In this document: positions 1 through 11,344 of the stretch, in pieces
How the letters are laid out: each line of letters starts with the position of its first letter
How positions within the stretch are numbered: position 1 is the first letter of the stretch
The notes under the pieces: model-generated
Databases searched by the model: none
What the model saw: the letters and a program-made list of their open reading frames with translations, nothing else
What the model was told of the DNA's origin: nothing
Translations under genes and position numbers: made by a program
Assembly (NCBI GenBank): GCA_000934665.2
Contig: KZ538803.1
Coordinates: 1-47,335, forward strand
DNA: 47,335 bases
Reading direction: 5' to 3'
Origin: Catajapyx aquilonaris
Lineage: Eukaryota

Positions 1-54
1 TACAAACAAACAAACTTCCAAAAATATACCCGTACCTTTAACAGCATCCCAACA

Positions 55-83
55 TACCCGGGCAACGCCGGGTAACCTGCTAG
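55..83 (+). mobile_element. 3' end of a Helitron-like element (hairpin + CTAG), abutting a (TA)n tract
   Basis: Stem TACCCGG(55-61)/CCGGGTA(68-74) with GCAACG loop, then CTAG at 80-83 followed by T and (TA)n 84-107; this is the canonical Helitron 3' terminus. The body extends off the left edge. Confidence 0.7.
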
Positions 84-637
84 TATATATATATATATAT
101 ATATATAAAAGCTATCTAATTAGTGAAAATAATGTAAATTGCCACCACCCTCTCAAATACAAGGTGCTAAATTATGAAACAGGAATAAGCCAGGAATCCA
201 AGATTTCAGGTGCAATCCTACCTTCTGTGCTCATGATTGTCCATATTGAAAGTAAATATTTGCATGTAAGTTACTTGTATAAATTTTTTAAAAAGTCATC
301 TCAATATCCACATTGGTTTGAGTGTACTTAACTTGCAACTAACATCTTGTTAGTGATCCTTTTTGAAAACTACAATGCCAGTATCCCCCTTCAGGCATAA
401 CTTCCTCAACACCACTCACTCAGCAAGCAAGTGCCTGCAAACTATGCTCCTGGTAATCCAACCTCTGTCTGACCTTGAAGTTCAAATTAAGTGGTAATTC
501 ATATCTGAATTGAATCTTAACAAACAGCCAGAGTAGGATGTGACGATAACAGTACATGAGGTCAAAGGTTGGTTGGAGGCTAGTCACAGGTGAGATTCCT
601 CTATTGTAATTTCAATGTGCACACACTCTAGTCTAGG

Positions 638-1303
638 CAAGGGGGTTACCACTCCCCAAAAAGTGTACACCAGTTCCTGGAACCGGGTGGTGCATGGGGT
701 TAATCACTCATCGTATTCCCTGTACATCAGTTCTGTATTTCGGATGTATTCCGGCTCATTCTGATATATCACCAAATAATTCCAATCCATGTGTGCAAAA
801 GTTTTTGAGGGAACACATTCCCAAAAGTTAGGGAGCATTTTCATAATTATCTCCAAGTATTAAACTTTCTGTTGTCATCTTATATGATATGTGAAACTCG
901 GTATCATACCAATTGACTCCTTTCCAGTTTCGCTCCTCTAGCGCTGAAATCTGGCGTGCCATCAAAATGGCAGCGAAATGCTATCTGCTATCTTGATATT
1001 AGTCATGTTGCTACTTATTAAGCTATTGCTCTGTGTAGAACCTACCAGGTAGCAGAATATAGGCCTATGCAATAAGTTTGACTGGAAAACTAATACTTTT
1101 GTATGATGGAATAATTCAATAGGATTACCAATATTCCTGCGTATTCTGGTGTATTCCAAGCAGAATACCAGTATTCCAGTGTATTCTGTATTCTTTGCAT
1201 GCAAAATGGATGAGTGATTAACCCCTTTGGGTGGTTCCAGCCGGTTCCAGCCCATTTCCACAGGGATCCTATACACTGGTTCCACGAAGTGGTTACCCCC
1301 TCG
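638..1303. mobile_element. Non-autonomous hAT-type element
   Basis: Imperfect TIRs CAAGGGGGTTACCACT / AGTGGTTACCCCCTCG; perfect 8-bp TSD AGTCTAGG at 630-637 and 1304-1311; repeated GTATTCC and GGTTCC subterminal motifs. Confidence 0.85.
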
Positions 1304-1408
1304 AGTCTAGGTTGTTGCACTAGCATGGCAGCATGTAACCACTGCTGCCATCATGGCTTCTTACTGTGCTGTTTGTTCATCATGTGTGTGTCCAAAAGGT
1401 GGACTTAC

Positions 1409-1638
1409 TGGTGCAAGAGGCGACTCCAGCCATGGTGTATATGGAGTGCTGCTGCTGTTGCAAAAGATGTTGGAGGGAGTGTGAATGATTTGAAGAAGCT
1501 GATGTTGATGACACTCCTCCCCCACCCCCTCCCCCTCCTCCTCCTCCTGCTCCTCCACCTCCTCGTCCACCCACTCCGTGACCCATATGATTTTCTGATG
1601 CATCTGCGGCTGACGATGCAGGAGATGTTTGCTGCAAA
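1409..1638 (-). CDS. TFCP2: Internal coding exon (Gly/Gln/Ser/His-rich low-complexity segment) of the TFCP2/UBP1-family gene
   Basis: Acceptor ttttttggcAG before 1638 and donor GTAAGT after 1409. The frame LQQTSPASS...GGGGG...HLLQQQQHSIYTMAGVASCT begins with one spare nt, matching the phase-2 donor at 17411. Assignment rests on strand and phase, not on sequence conservation. Confidence 0.7.
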
Positions 1639-2098
1639 CTGCCAAAAAAGTCAAATTGTCAAATTATAATCACCTGATAATTTTAATATACACAATAACC
1701 GACAATAACACAGTTGTTAATCAAGTGAAAATGTTAGGTTATTTCAGGAGCATAATATTAGTGTGCTCCAAAAGTAATTCTTCCAACCTTTAAAAAAATT
1801 ACAAGTAGGCTATAAATTGACATAATTATACCATACATTTGCTGCATTAAGGAAATCACATGTGAAGAACAGAAAACCATCATGAAAAACAAAATAATGT
1901 GTTTTCATTTTTGCGATTTTGCCCAATAGATAGAAGACCTTTGACAATTGCCTGCTTGACAGTTTATGTGAACACTGTCAGACATTGGGGTAAGCTTGTC
2001 AGTGATGCTGACAAAGAGTACTTGGATGGCCATATCAACGTCTGTGAAAGCACACCACCAGTTTCTTGTGAATTGTTACACAAATAGTGGTAGGCAAT

Positions 2099-2355
2099 AA
2101 TTGAAGGGGTCGGTGCAATACTGCCCTAACCCTCCCAAACCTGATTTTGAGAAAACTGCAGTTGAAAGTTTGAGAGGCCATATACATCCCATATACCATG
2201 TGACTTATTTCATTTGATTTCTCAGTGACCGATGGCAGAAACTGCACAATTTCAATGGATTTTATTAGATACATGAGTGTAGTACATGGAAGTGTGCTTA
2301 ACTCAATTTGTGTCATTTGGTGGGTTAGGGCGGTATTGCACCGACCCCTTCAATT
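2099..2355. mobile_element. PIF/Harbinger-like MITE
   Basis: Inverted ends AATTGAAGGGGTCGGTGCAATACTGCCCTAACC / GGTTAGGGCGGTATTGCACCGACCCCTTCAATT. Confidence 0.75.
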
Positions 2356-2724
2356 GATGGGCAGTTTTCTATGGCTCAATTTATCCTAGAAAATGCTCAA
2401 CACCTTGGGTCACATTTCTACACTTGCACACAAATCCTGATGACCTGCCAAGCGCTGCTTATCATGAATCAGCAAATCAACCCCTTCATCATAGATTCTC
2501 CTTGCAGAGCATTTATCAGTCAAACCACTACCAGACTCACTGACACACCTAACTCAATGTCACACAATTCTGACATATGCTCACAAAAATTCTTCAAACA
2601 CCAAAAAATCTATATGGATGCAATGTTCTCTCAAATGAAATCATTAATATGCCTATGTTCCAACCACCCCCTGTCACTTCTATCCCAGGCCAATAGAAAA
2701 AGCTGTGGCGTTATCCCTTCCCAC

Positions 2725-2900
2725 ATTGGCGCTAGTATATCTGCAATGGAATCACGCTGTGGAACTGCGACCCTGATAGTACAACTATGCATTAACACCT
2801 AGAGCTAGGTGTTAATGCATACTTGTACTGTCAGGGTTGCTGTCGTTATGGTGCAGCGAGTTCCACAGCGTGATTCCATTGAAGATATACTAGTGCCAAT
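2725..2900. repeat. Fold-back palindrome (MITE core)
   Basis: Arms ATTGGCGCTAGTATATCTGCAATGGAATCACGCTGTGGAACT... and ...AGTTCCACAGCGTGATTCCATTGAAGATATACTAGTGCCAAT, centred near 2803 (ACACCTAG-AG-CTAGGTGT); the right arm has an extra insert. Confidence 0.85.
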
Positions 2901-3541
2901 TGCGGAAAGAATAATGGCACGCAAGATGGTGGCGAGTGCCCGACCTATTCTTCTTAGACCGTGGTTCCAACTGAAAGTGGTTCGCCATTTCTTGGTTATA
3001 AGTGGCCTTATCTTAAACAATTACTTTTGATAAGTTACTTTGGGAGGCCTGCTTGCAGTGCTCACAGTATATAAATAACAGCATGTTTCTTCTTTTTATT
3101 AATTGCTTCTAACAATATTATATGGAGAAAGGGGTAGTTTTTTGAGACACCTTAAATGGTGCAACCTGGCCTTCATAGTTTTTGAAATACTGTATTAGTC
3201 ATCACATGCCCAAGAGGTGTAAAATGAGACCAACTGATTTCCTAGACTTGACCCATATAATGGATGCAGTGTTACACTAGCAGGTTTACTGGAGACAACT
3301 ATTGTACTGTACGTACCGAAACTCTGAGGTGAATTCTCCGAAAATGGTGTAACGTGCCATATGACCAGGCTACCTCCATCTGTTTAGCAGGTAGGTAAAT
3401 ATGGGACACCCATCATGGCCAGCCCCCCAAAAAACCGATTTGGCACGTTTATATTCACGACGCGACGTCCCAAATTAAGTTCAATCTTCCTTCGGATTGC
3501 CACTCGTTACTTGCGGCACAACACATCACTTGGTCAAAAAT

Positions 3542-4642
3542 GGACTGTAGGAATAAGGGCACAGTCTGGAACAGCCCACGGACACTACCCCTATCTTCTG
3601 GGCTTATCACCTGCCGAGGGGTTTTGCAGCGGGTGCTCACCTCAGACCGCCACGAGACATTTCCCAGAGCATTTATGTGGCGACCCTACCGGACTATAGG
3701 CTGAACTTTATACGTATGAAGGGGAGGGCTACATTCTGGCCCAACATGGCCGCCGGCGGCCATGTTGGGCTCCCCCATGTAGCCCTCCCCTTTCGTACCT
3801 ATAAAGTTCAGCCTTAGTCCGGTAGGGTCGCCACATAAATTCTCTGGGAAATGTCTCGTGGCGGTCTCAGGTGAGCACCCGCTGCAAAACCTCTCGGCAG
3901 GGGGTGGGTGGGGAGTGACCTAACCTGAGTCTTCTACAACCATGGTCTGGAATAAGCTCACCAGAAGAAGTGCACAGCAGGAGTACGAGAACCAGAATAA
4001 GCGCACCTCGTAAAATCCCATTCCCGGAATAAGCACACCTGCCATATTTCCAACCCATAAAGTGGGAGTAAGTGTTCGCTCGGCCGACGGATGCCTCTAA
4101 GCTCGGAGGCGCTCGAAAGCGTGTTAATATTTTCAGTGCTGGAGTATTTATTTTCACTTATTCATGTGGCAGGGCTAGGGGTAGGCTACGCTGTACCAAC
4201 ATAATATAATCTAACCTAACCTTCCTTCCTTCCTTCCTTCCTTCCTTGCAAATACACGCAAATCCTCGGCGGATCGCGGATACACACCAATCCTCAGCGG
4301 ATACACGCCTAAGAGAGCAGGCCAAAGTACGGGGTTTCCTGTTACGAATGCGTAGCCAAAAAGTGCATATAATTATGTCATTATTATGGCAAACACTAAT
4401 AGCAGGAGAGCGAAATATAGGAATCGTCGCATTAGCTGTTACTGAGTCACAGAATAGCAGTATTGCAATATCTGTTTCTGACATCTAGCTTCAGACATAA
4501 GAAACTCAGAAACAGTAACTTGGATTGAAAGCAGGGCGAGAAATAAGATGAAAAAAAAAAAGCCGGTGCGCTTCAGCACGCTTGTTCCGGGAATGGGATT
4601 TTCCGAGATGGGCTTATTCCGGAGCGCTTATTCCACCCACCC
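3542..4642. mobile_element. Mutator-like (MULE) non-autonomous element, interrupted by the 3572-3944 insertion
   Basis: 9-bp TSD GTCAAAAAT (3533-3541, 4643-4651); G-starting imperfect TIRs with reiterated GGAATAAG(C/G) motifs; inverted AAAATCCCATTCCCGGAA blocks near both ends. Confidence 0.7.
3572..3944 (+). mobile_element. ~373-bp DNA element with 8-bp TSD, asymmetric ends and ~290-bp internal palindrome (copy 1)
   Basis: TSD GTCTGGAA 3564-3571 and 3945-3952; ends CAGCCC...ACCATG; palindrome about 3610-3901 centred on GGCCGCCGGCGGCC; homologous along its length to 5945-6318. Confidence 0.85.
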
Positions 4643-5196
4643 GTCAAAAATGAAACGTGACCCTAGGCCTAGGGCGTGAAGTCCAGCCACGGGTCCAATC
4701 GGCGCTGTGCCGCGCAGCCACCCGGTTGGGCCATATTTCGCCCTCTCGTTTCAAACGGCACTGAAACGAGTCATCTTTCCCGTCCGTTGGCGGAACGGAA
4801 CTGCGTTCATACGGGCGTCGTTGTGGTTCCGCCCACCAGCGCGGACCTCCGACCCGCCATGATAGGGCCCAAAGGCAATGGTGCCGACGCCGTGTGAATA
4901 GCAGCATTGTTCCGAAGCTAGGCGCCAACGAATTTTTCGCAAAATTTCAATTTTTATGCCATTTCGGCGAAGAGTACCACTGCGTTCCCGACGCGACGTG
5001 ACTCCTTCATATTTTCCTCAAGTCAGCATTAGCACGGAGACATGGCGAAAATCGGATACATATCGCCTCAAGGACTGAGGAACTACCGTCATTACGCCCT
5101 CCCTCTTCTAAATTTTTGCGTAATATCTCCCCCAACCCAATTGTTCGATACGTCCCCCAACGTACATAAAACGTTTTCGCAATCTTGTGGTATGAC

Positions 5197-5452
5197 CAGG
5201 CGCGGATCCAGGGGGGGGGGGGGGGGGAAANNNNNNNNNNNNNNNNNNNNNNNNNNNNNNNNNNNNNNNNNNNNNNNNNNNNNNNNNNNNNNNNNNNNNN
5301 NNNNNNNNNNNNNNNNNNNNNNNNNNNNNNNNNNNNNNNNNNNNNNNNNNNNNNNNNNNNNNNNNNNNNNNNNNNNNNNNNNNNNNNNNCCCCCCCCCCC
5401 CCCACCTATACCCTTGTGCCCCCCCCTGAAAACATTTCTGGATCCGCGCCTG
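5197..5452. mobile_element. hAT-type MITE (contains an assembly gap)
   Basis: TIR CAGGCGCGGATCCAG / CTGGATCCGCGCCTG; 8-bp TSD GGTATGAC at 5189-5196 and 5453-5460. Confidence 0.9.
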
Positions 5453-5744
5453 GGTATGACACCGGAAGAAGCAAAAATCTCCGGCTGTGTGTCTCGTCTA
5501 CGCGACAACAGCTTGCCCATATTGAGCAGTGGCAAAAAAAAGTAGCTCACTTGTGCATACATGTTCCTTCCGAATAGAATTAATATATTTGGCTACAAGC
5601 AAGGGATTTGTATCGAAAGAGCGACTGGGCACATGACCTATAAACTTTTCTGCAAAATTGAAGAAGTATTTTCATCATTTATCTCTCTCGTTCATGCCTC
5701 ACTGGGGATGTTTACAGTTATATCAATACCAGATACAGGATTTA

Positions 5745-5869
5745 GGGGCGGTTTCACCGAGCTTGGTATATGATAAAACCAGGTTTCTTTAGGAAAATCC
5801 ATACAAATAGATAGGGATTTTGAGAAATACCCTGGTTTTATCATATACTGAGCTCGGTGAAACCGGCCC
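5745..5869. mobile_element. PIF/Harbinger MITE (fold-back)
   Basis: TTA TSD; TIR GGGGCGGTTTCACCGAGCT / AGCTCGGTGAAACCGGCCC; arms pair over most of the element. Confidence 0.85.
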
Positions 5870-5944
5870 TTAGATAGGACATGTCACTTTTCTACTCTCC
5901 TGGTAAAAGCGGTTATGTTCTTTGTGTTTGTGTACGGTTAACAC

Positions 5945-6318
5945 CATGATCTTAGAATACTCAGGTCTGGTCACGCCCACCTACCCCCTGCCGCGCCGGG
6001 CCGTTTTGCATGGGGTGCTCACCTGAGAGCGCCATGAGACATTTCGGAGCACTGGTATGTGGCGACCCTACCGGACTACGCTGAACTTTATAGGTACCAA
6101 AGGGAAGCGCTACATGGAGGACCCAACATGGTCGCCGGCGGCCATGTTGGGCCCGCATGTAGGGCTTCCCTTTTCTACCTATAAAGTTCAGCGTAGTCCG
6201 GTAGGGTCGCCACATACCAGTACTCCGAAATGTCTCATGGCGCTCTCAGGTGAGCACCCCCTGCAAAACTCCCTGGCAGGCGATAAGATCAGAATGTAGT
6301 ATAAGTGACCGGGGGCTG
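5945..6318 (-). mobile_element. ~374-bp asymmetric-ended palindromic element (copy 2, inverted relative to copy 1)
   Basis: TSD GTTAACAC 5937-5944 and 6319-6326; begins CATGATC and ends GGGGCTG (the reverse of copy 1 ends); same internal hairpin. Confidence 0.85.
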
Positions 6319-7261
6319 GTTAACACGAAAACTCGTTATGCTGGTCCCTTCCCTCATTCAACAAAAATCCGCAAGCAGTCATCTTTTCGGATGCCGCGCC
6401 GTATTTGCATAGGGCCTACTCTATTCGTCCGCCAGGGGATTTTTTCGTGCCCACGCGGCCCTCGCTCCGTACCCGGTTCGGTGAAATCACGGGGAAATCA
6501 TGAAATGAGAACATTAATTCCGCTATTCACAGGTTTAAAAAATTTTTAAAAAATGTCACGGACCTGAATATTTTGCCAGTTTCCACGTTGTAAGGTTTCG
6601 CTAATAACGAATTAAAAGTACAAAGAAAATCCTATCGCGCTGCTGGGACCTCAAACTTATCAGCTATATCACGGGTCTCCTTGGCAGGTTTCACTAATAA
6701 AGTAATAATAGAGGCATCGCAACTTCTATTGCTTCTCATAACAAAGGGAGTGAAAGGTATGGGGAGCGGGGGAGCACTGAAACCCTTCAATTCCGAATCG
6801 CAGGTGGAAAACAATAATAAAAGTTTGCCTACTGTTCAGAAAAAGCGGGGAAGGGACGACAGACCCGTGGAAAAGTTAGTACAAATGCCTTTGAAGATAT
6901 TTTCTTTCGGTTGCAATCATCATCAACAACAGCGGAACCTATCGAGTTTAAGTTTATCACATCATATATTATACGGTACTTCTCCTAACCACTATTGCTT
7001 TACACATTTTTGGACCACATTTCATTTGCATGAGAGACCTGAGAATCTATACTATTGCTGTGCACCATTTGCCTCATTACATGTACAGTACAGTATACAG
7101 ACGCACAGTACTGCACAAAGTATATCCTCCATGGTCCCCCCTCCTCCTCCATTCCATTTCCCATACCACTTACGTTAGTTACTCCAGCAATATTGTTCCC
7201 ACACAGCATCTCTATCCGGAAAATAACCTAGTGATTTTACACCAACTTGGCATCACCTACC

Positions 7262-7556
7262 CAAGGGGGTAGTAACTCCTCAAAAAAGTGTACACCGGCT
7301 CTCGTGAATTGCGACACTCCGCCTCTCCCCGGCTCCCTGCGGCATCGGTGAGCCAGTACGACCATGGGTGACTCACTGATGAGCCTATTGGTGAGCCGGG
7401 AGAGCCGCAGAGAGCCGAGGAGGTCACCGAAGGCAAACTATCGTCATATGATGAAGAACGACGAGGAACAAAGGCGAGTTTTGCCCCGGCTTTACCCGGC
7501 TCTCCTGGCTCACCAGTGAGGGTGTACACCGGCTCTCCGAAGTGACTACCCCCTTG
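7262..7556. mobile_element. hAT-type element related to 638-1303
   Basis: TIR CAAGGGGGTAGTAACT / AGTGACTACCCCCTTG; shares AAAAAGTGTACACC with 638-1303; flanks CACCTACC / CACGTACT. Confidence 0.8.
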
Positions 7557-7564
7557 CACGTACT

Positions 7565-7831
7565 CAGTGGCGGATCTAGACCTCGTTGGGGGGGGGGGGG
7601 NNNNNNNNNNNNNNNNNNNNNNNNNNNNNNNNNNNNNNNNNNNNNNNNNNNNNNNNNNNNNNNNNNNNNNNNNNNNNNNNNNNNNNNNNNNNNNNNNNNN
7701 NNNNNNNNNNNNNNNNNNNNNNNNNNNNNNGATAAAAGCAAGTAAAATTCAATTATTTTCTGTTTCTTGCTTCAGCGGGGGGGGGGGGGGGGGTGATCAC
7801 CCCGATCACACCCCCCATAGATCCGCCACTG
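7565..7831. mobile_element. hAT-type MITE (contains an assembly gap)
   Basis: TIR CAGTGGCGGATCTA / TAGATCCGCCACTG; flanks CACGTACT (7557-7564) / CACGTACC (7832-7839). Confidence 0.85.
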
Positions 7832-10800
7832 CACGTACCTATCACCTGTGCCTCAAAGTCGAGACTCAAAGCCCCAATTACATGATAAGAATAGGGCCAG
7901 TACAGTATGGTATATGCTACATGATATCGACCTTTTATTCTCACCTCTTTTCTGCAAGGGTGTATTATCAACTTTACGTAACTGGTGCATTGTGTCAACA
8001 AGTAACCGCCTCTAACTGCTATGTAAACTAGTGTAACTACCTAAATCCGGGTCGTAACTGCCTATAACCAGTTTACTCCTGGAAGACACTTTGATAATCC
8101 TTGACCTTTGCTAATTTTAATGTACTGCCTCTGTAATCTACACAAAATTACAAAACTAATTATTTTTAGGTAGGATGACGTGATACAAGTTATACAAGTG
8201 ATGGAAGTTCAATCCCATGTCCTAATATGTAAAACAAATTAATTATACTAATACTTAGGTCAAATCTAGGTCAAAATTGGTCGGCATGACTACAAAAGGC
8301 ACATGAATATCAGTATCCATGGATGAGAATTTCAGAACAATCATTTAGCTGGGCCTGTCTTCAGTGGTATAGGCCTGCAAAAATGGTATTTGCAATGGGT
8401 GGGTGCCAATACTATATCTACATTCTGAATGATGCTCAAGTTGCCTATCATGCTGATACAGAAAGCCTGTTAAGAGGGGTTGGACAATATGGTGAAACAC
8501 GTACTTTTAGGGAGAATCCCAGGTTGAATTCCAAGTAGGTTGTGGGTAAATCCTAGGTGAATCATGGATGTATCATGGTGAATCTATGGGATGTTTTTGT
8601 AGAAATGTCCAACCTTCAAGTCCATTTGATGTCGTCTGCTTGAAAAAATAATTTCAGAATTGTCAAAAACCTTAAAAATTGTGACTCTTGACCTCACAAA
8701 TCTCTGTGGGGCTGGATCGATGTTTCGTTATTTTGCCTCATGTGATGAATGTGTTCAATAGATTTATAATGACAATGCTTTCCTGCACTCGAACCAGGTG
8801 AAGATATCAGGTGGGTTTTTCAACTGCCTGCGAAGTCTCTGCTAGCTGCCTTTACTAGTCAGGATTCTCACAGGGTTTCTCAAGAGTTACCATGGTCACT
8901 AGATGCTGACTAGCAATAGGATGAAAAACTGACCTATGATTTTTTTAAACTCCTGTCGTCAAGATAAGAGAACCTAAATCTGACAAGTCCAGAGCTACTT
9001 TGGTTCCAGCAAAATTTTACTTCAAACCTAGCAGGCATGGAAGTAAAGGAGGAGCTGAGAGCCCAATGATGCAGATCACTCAATTTCAAAATTCTCTTGT
9101 GCTGCCTTAGGAGGTGCCCAAGTTTCCCATGTGGTACTGCAATGAGCTTATGATAGCAGGCTGTTCATTACTTGAGCCATGGTCAAGTAGCTAGTATGAA
9201 TAAGAACTTCCCATGTGGTGATAAGCATATGCCAATCCAAATGCTGTGAAATTTTATAGTACAATATATTCTTTATGCACATATTACAGTTGAATCCTAA
9301 AAATTTAATGATGCCACTCAACTAGCTCATTCAGGCTGTGGTCGTGTAATGCCAGCCCAGAAAACATCAATCAAATGTTAACATTGATCGTCAGACCGTC
9401 AACATAATTATGCTAACAATATGACCACATCTTGCATAATAAATAAGCCCATCCTTGAACATATCCTGGATTGCAGAAGCGAATGGCCTGCATCTTTGGG
9501 TTCACACTTTCATTCCCGTCTAGATTTTATTTATATTATGTGGATGATAAATGTTACTCTGACCTTGTCACACTAGGTATGGTATAGTTGACTTTAATAA
9601 CAAACACATTTTTAATAAAGTATCTTTACTTCTAGATGGAGTGCATGAAGGTATTGCTTATCAATGTAAAGCTATTAAACAGATGCACTGAATGGTGCAA
9701 AGAAACGAAAAATCGATTCTTACACACAAGAAGATTTTAAAGGTGACACATCACAATTTTTAAAAATCTCTTGAGAATTCTGAAATTATTCCCTCACCGA
9801 GACATTGCCTTACTTGAATTAGCATCGTGGGGACGGCTTGAGCATCATCCTTAATGTACAGTATCTTCAAAACCTCCCAGGTCTTGCAGGTACATTATTT
9901 TTGGTTGCAGTAATAATCTCATACAAGAACATACAGTAGGCTACCAGTATCAATTATTATTTGGATCGTGTTTTATCAAGAATCCACATATGTTATTTAC
10001 CACTATTTATGGAGTTTTTCTGCATGCTCAGGCATGCTGTGTGTTTTTCCCACCACTGCTGCAGTTGTGATATCTGTTGGTGAGTCACACAGACCAGCAC
10101 TGATGTGAAAGAAGCAACTTTTATTACTGTTTGTCTCAATTGATGTCAATGATAATGATTTAGAGTGTGCTTGTGTACATCAATAACTGTTTTTCCAAAA
10201 GCATTCCCTCTCCCAGCTTCCATATATATATATGACACTGTTTAAATTATTCCCACAGCCCTCAGTCCCATTTGTGTGGTCTGGATAATAATCTGCATGT
10301 AGCTTTTCACTCTCCTGATAAATTTCAGATGACTTCAGCTATGGGAGACACTGCTTGGGTTTTGTGGGAAGAATATATTTGTTTTTTGACTTGCACATTC
10401 TCAAGTAAACAGCAGCGATAAAAAAAATCCCATACCAGATTACAAAAAATACATGGAATTGAAGGTCAGGGTCACAAAAGAACCTACAATAATTGGCAGG
10501 GACCACAGGGTGGCTTATCCCGAGAGCACTTGATAGTTATGCAACTAGTGTAAAGTATCCCGACTTACTCAGAGTACGATCTTTTCAAAAAATATAACCA
10601 AACAAAAACCCCGCACTTGACACTGATGCATCAAGAAGTCTGTAATAATAGCCTTGCTGTAGAGCCCTACTTCTCAACCTGTGATTATGCAAACCACTAC
10701 ATAATATTAATGGGCCAATATTGTAATCACATTTTCGGAAGCAGTTAACAGAAGTATTTTCTTCAAATTCGACATCCCAACTCATGCCTGTTATGGTACA

Positions 10801-10998
10801 CAACCACATAAAAAACTTGGCACCCCAACTTCCCAGACATTTGAACTTCAGATAATACACAGAGATGAGGATTTCCTATGAGAGGGCATGGGCAGATAAG
10901 AGGACATAACACAGTGGGATGGTAAGGTAGGAGGCTTGGTGTAGGTGGGAGGCTTGGTGTTGGTGGGATATCAATAGATGCAGATACAGTAAAACTTC

Positions 10999-11339
10999 GG
11001 GAGACGGAGTGGCGCCGCGGTAACGCGTGCGCTCACGGAAGTTAAGGTCCCGGGTTCAATCCCCACCCGGGGTTCCCACCTTCTTTCGTGCAGAGTTGGG
11101 CCATCTCTGGCTTCGTTTCGGGTGGCAATTTCCGATAGACTAAGCCACCCGGGGGAGTTCACAAAATGACCAATTAACGACAGCGCACTTGCTCTTTGCA
11201 CATCCCCTCCTAATTACCCTTGGAGCAATTAAGTATATCCATGTACATCGCTCCAAACCCCAAATGGTGGTAATCCACCCCCCTAGAAATGACCTATCGG
11301 CCAGATAACGGGGTACAACTAAAAAAAAAAAAAAAAAAA
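10999..11339 (+). mobile_element. tRNA-derived SINE, family A, poly(A) tail
   Basis: A box TGGCGCCGCGGT, B box GGTTCAATCCC, poly(A) 11321-11340, 17-bp TSD AGATACAGTAAAACTTC (10982-10998, 11340-11356). Confidence 0.9.
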
Positions 11340-11344
11340 AGATA

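Noticed and set aside
5007..5577. Long ORFs containing X runs (also 7424-8031 and 40048-40449)
   Set aside because: Artefacts of N gaps.
6400..6700. snRNA gene suggested by the octamer ATTTGCAT
   Set aside because: No recognisable snRNA coding sequence or Sm site nearby.
9150..10900. Possible decayed transposase or LINE coding remnants
   Set aside because: Only vague motif resemblance across many stops; a BLASTx search would be needed.
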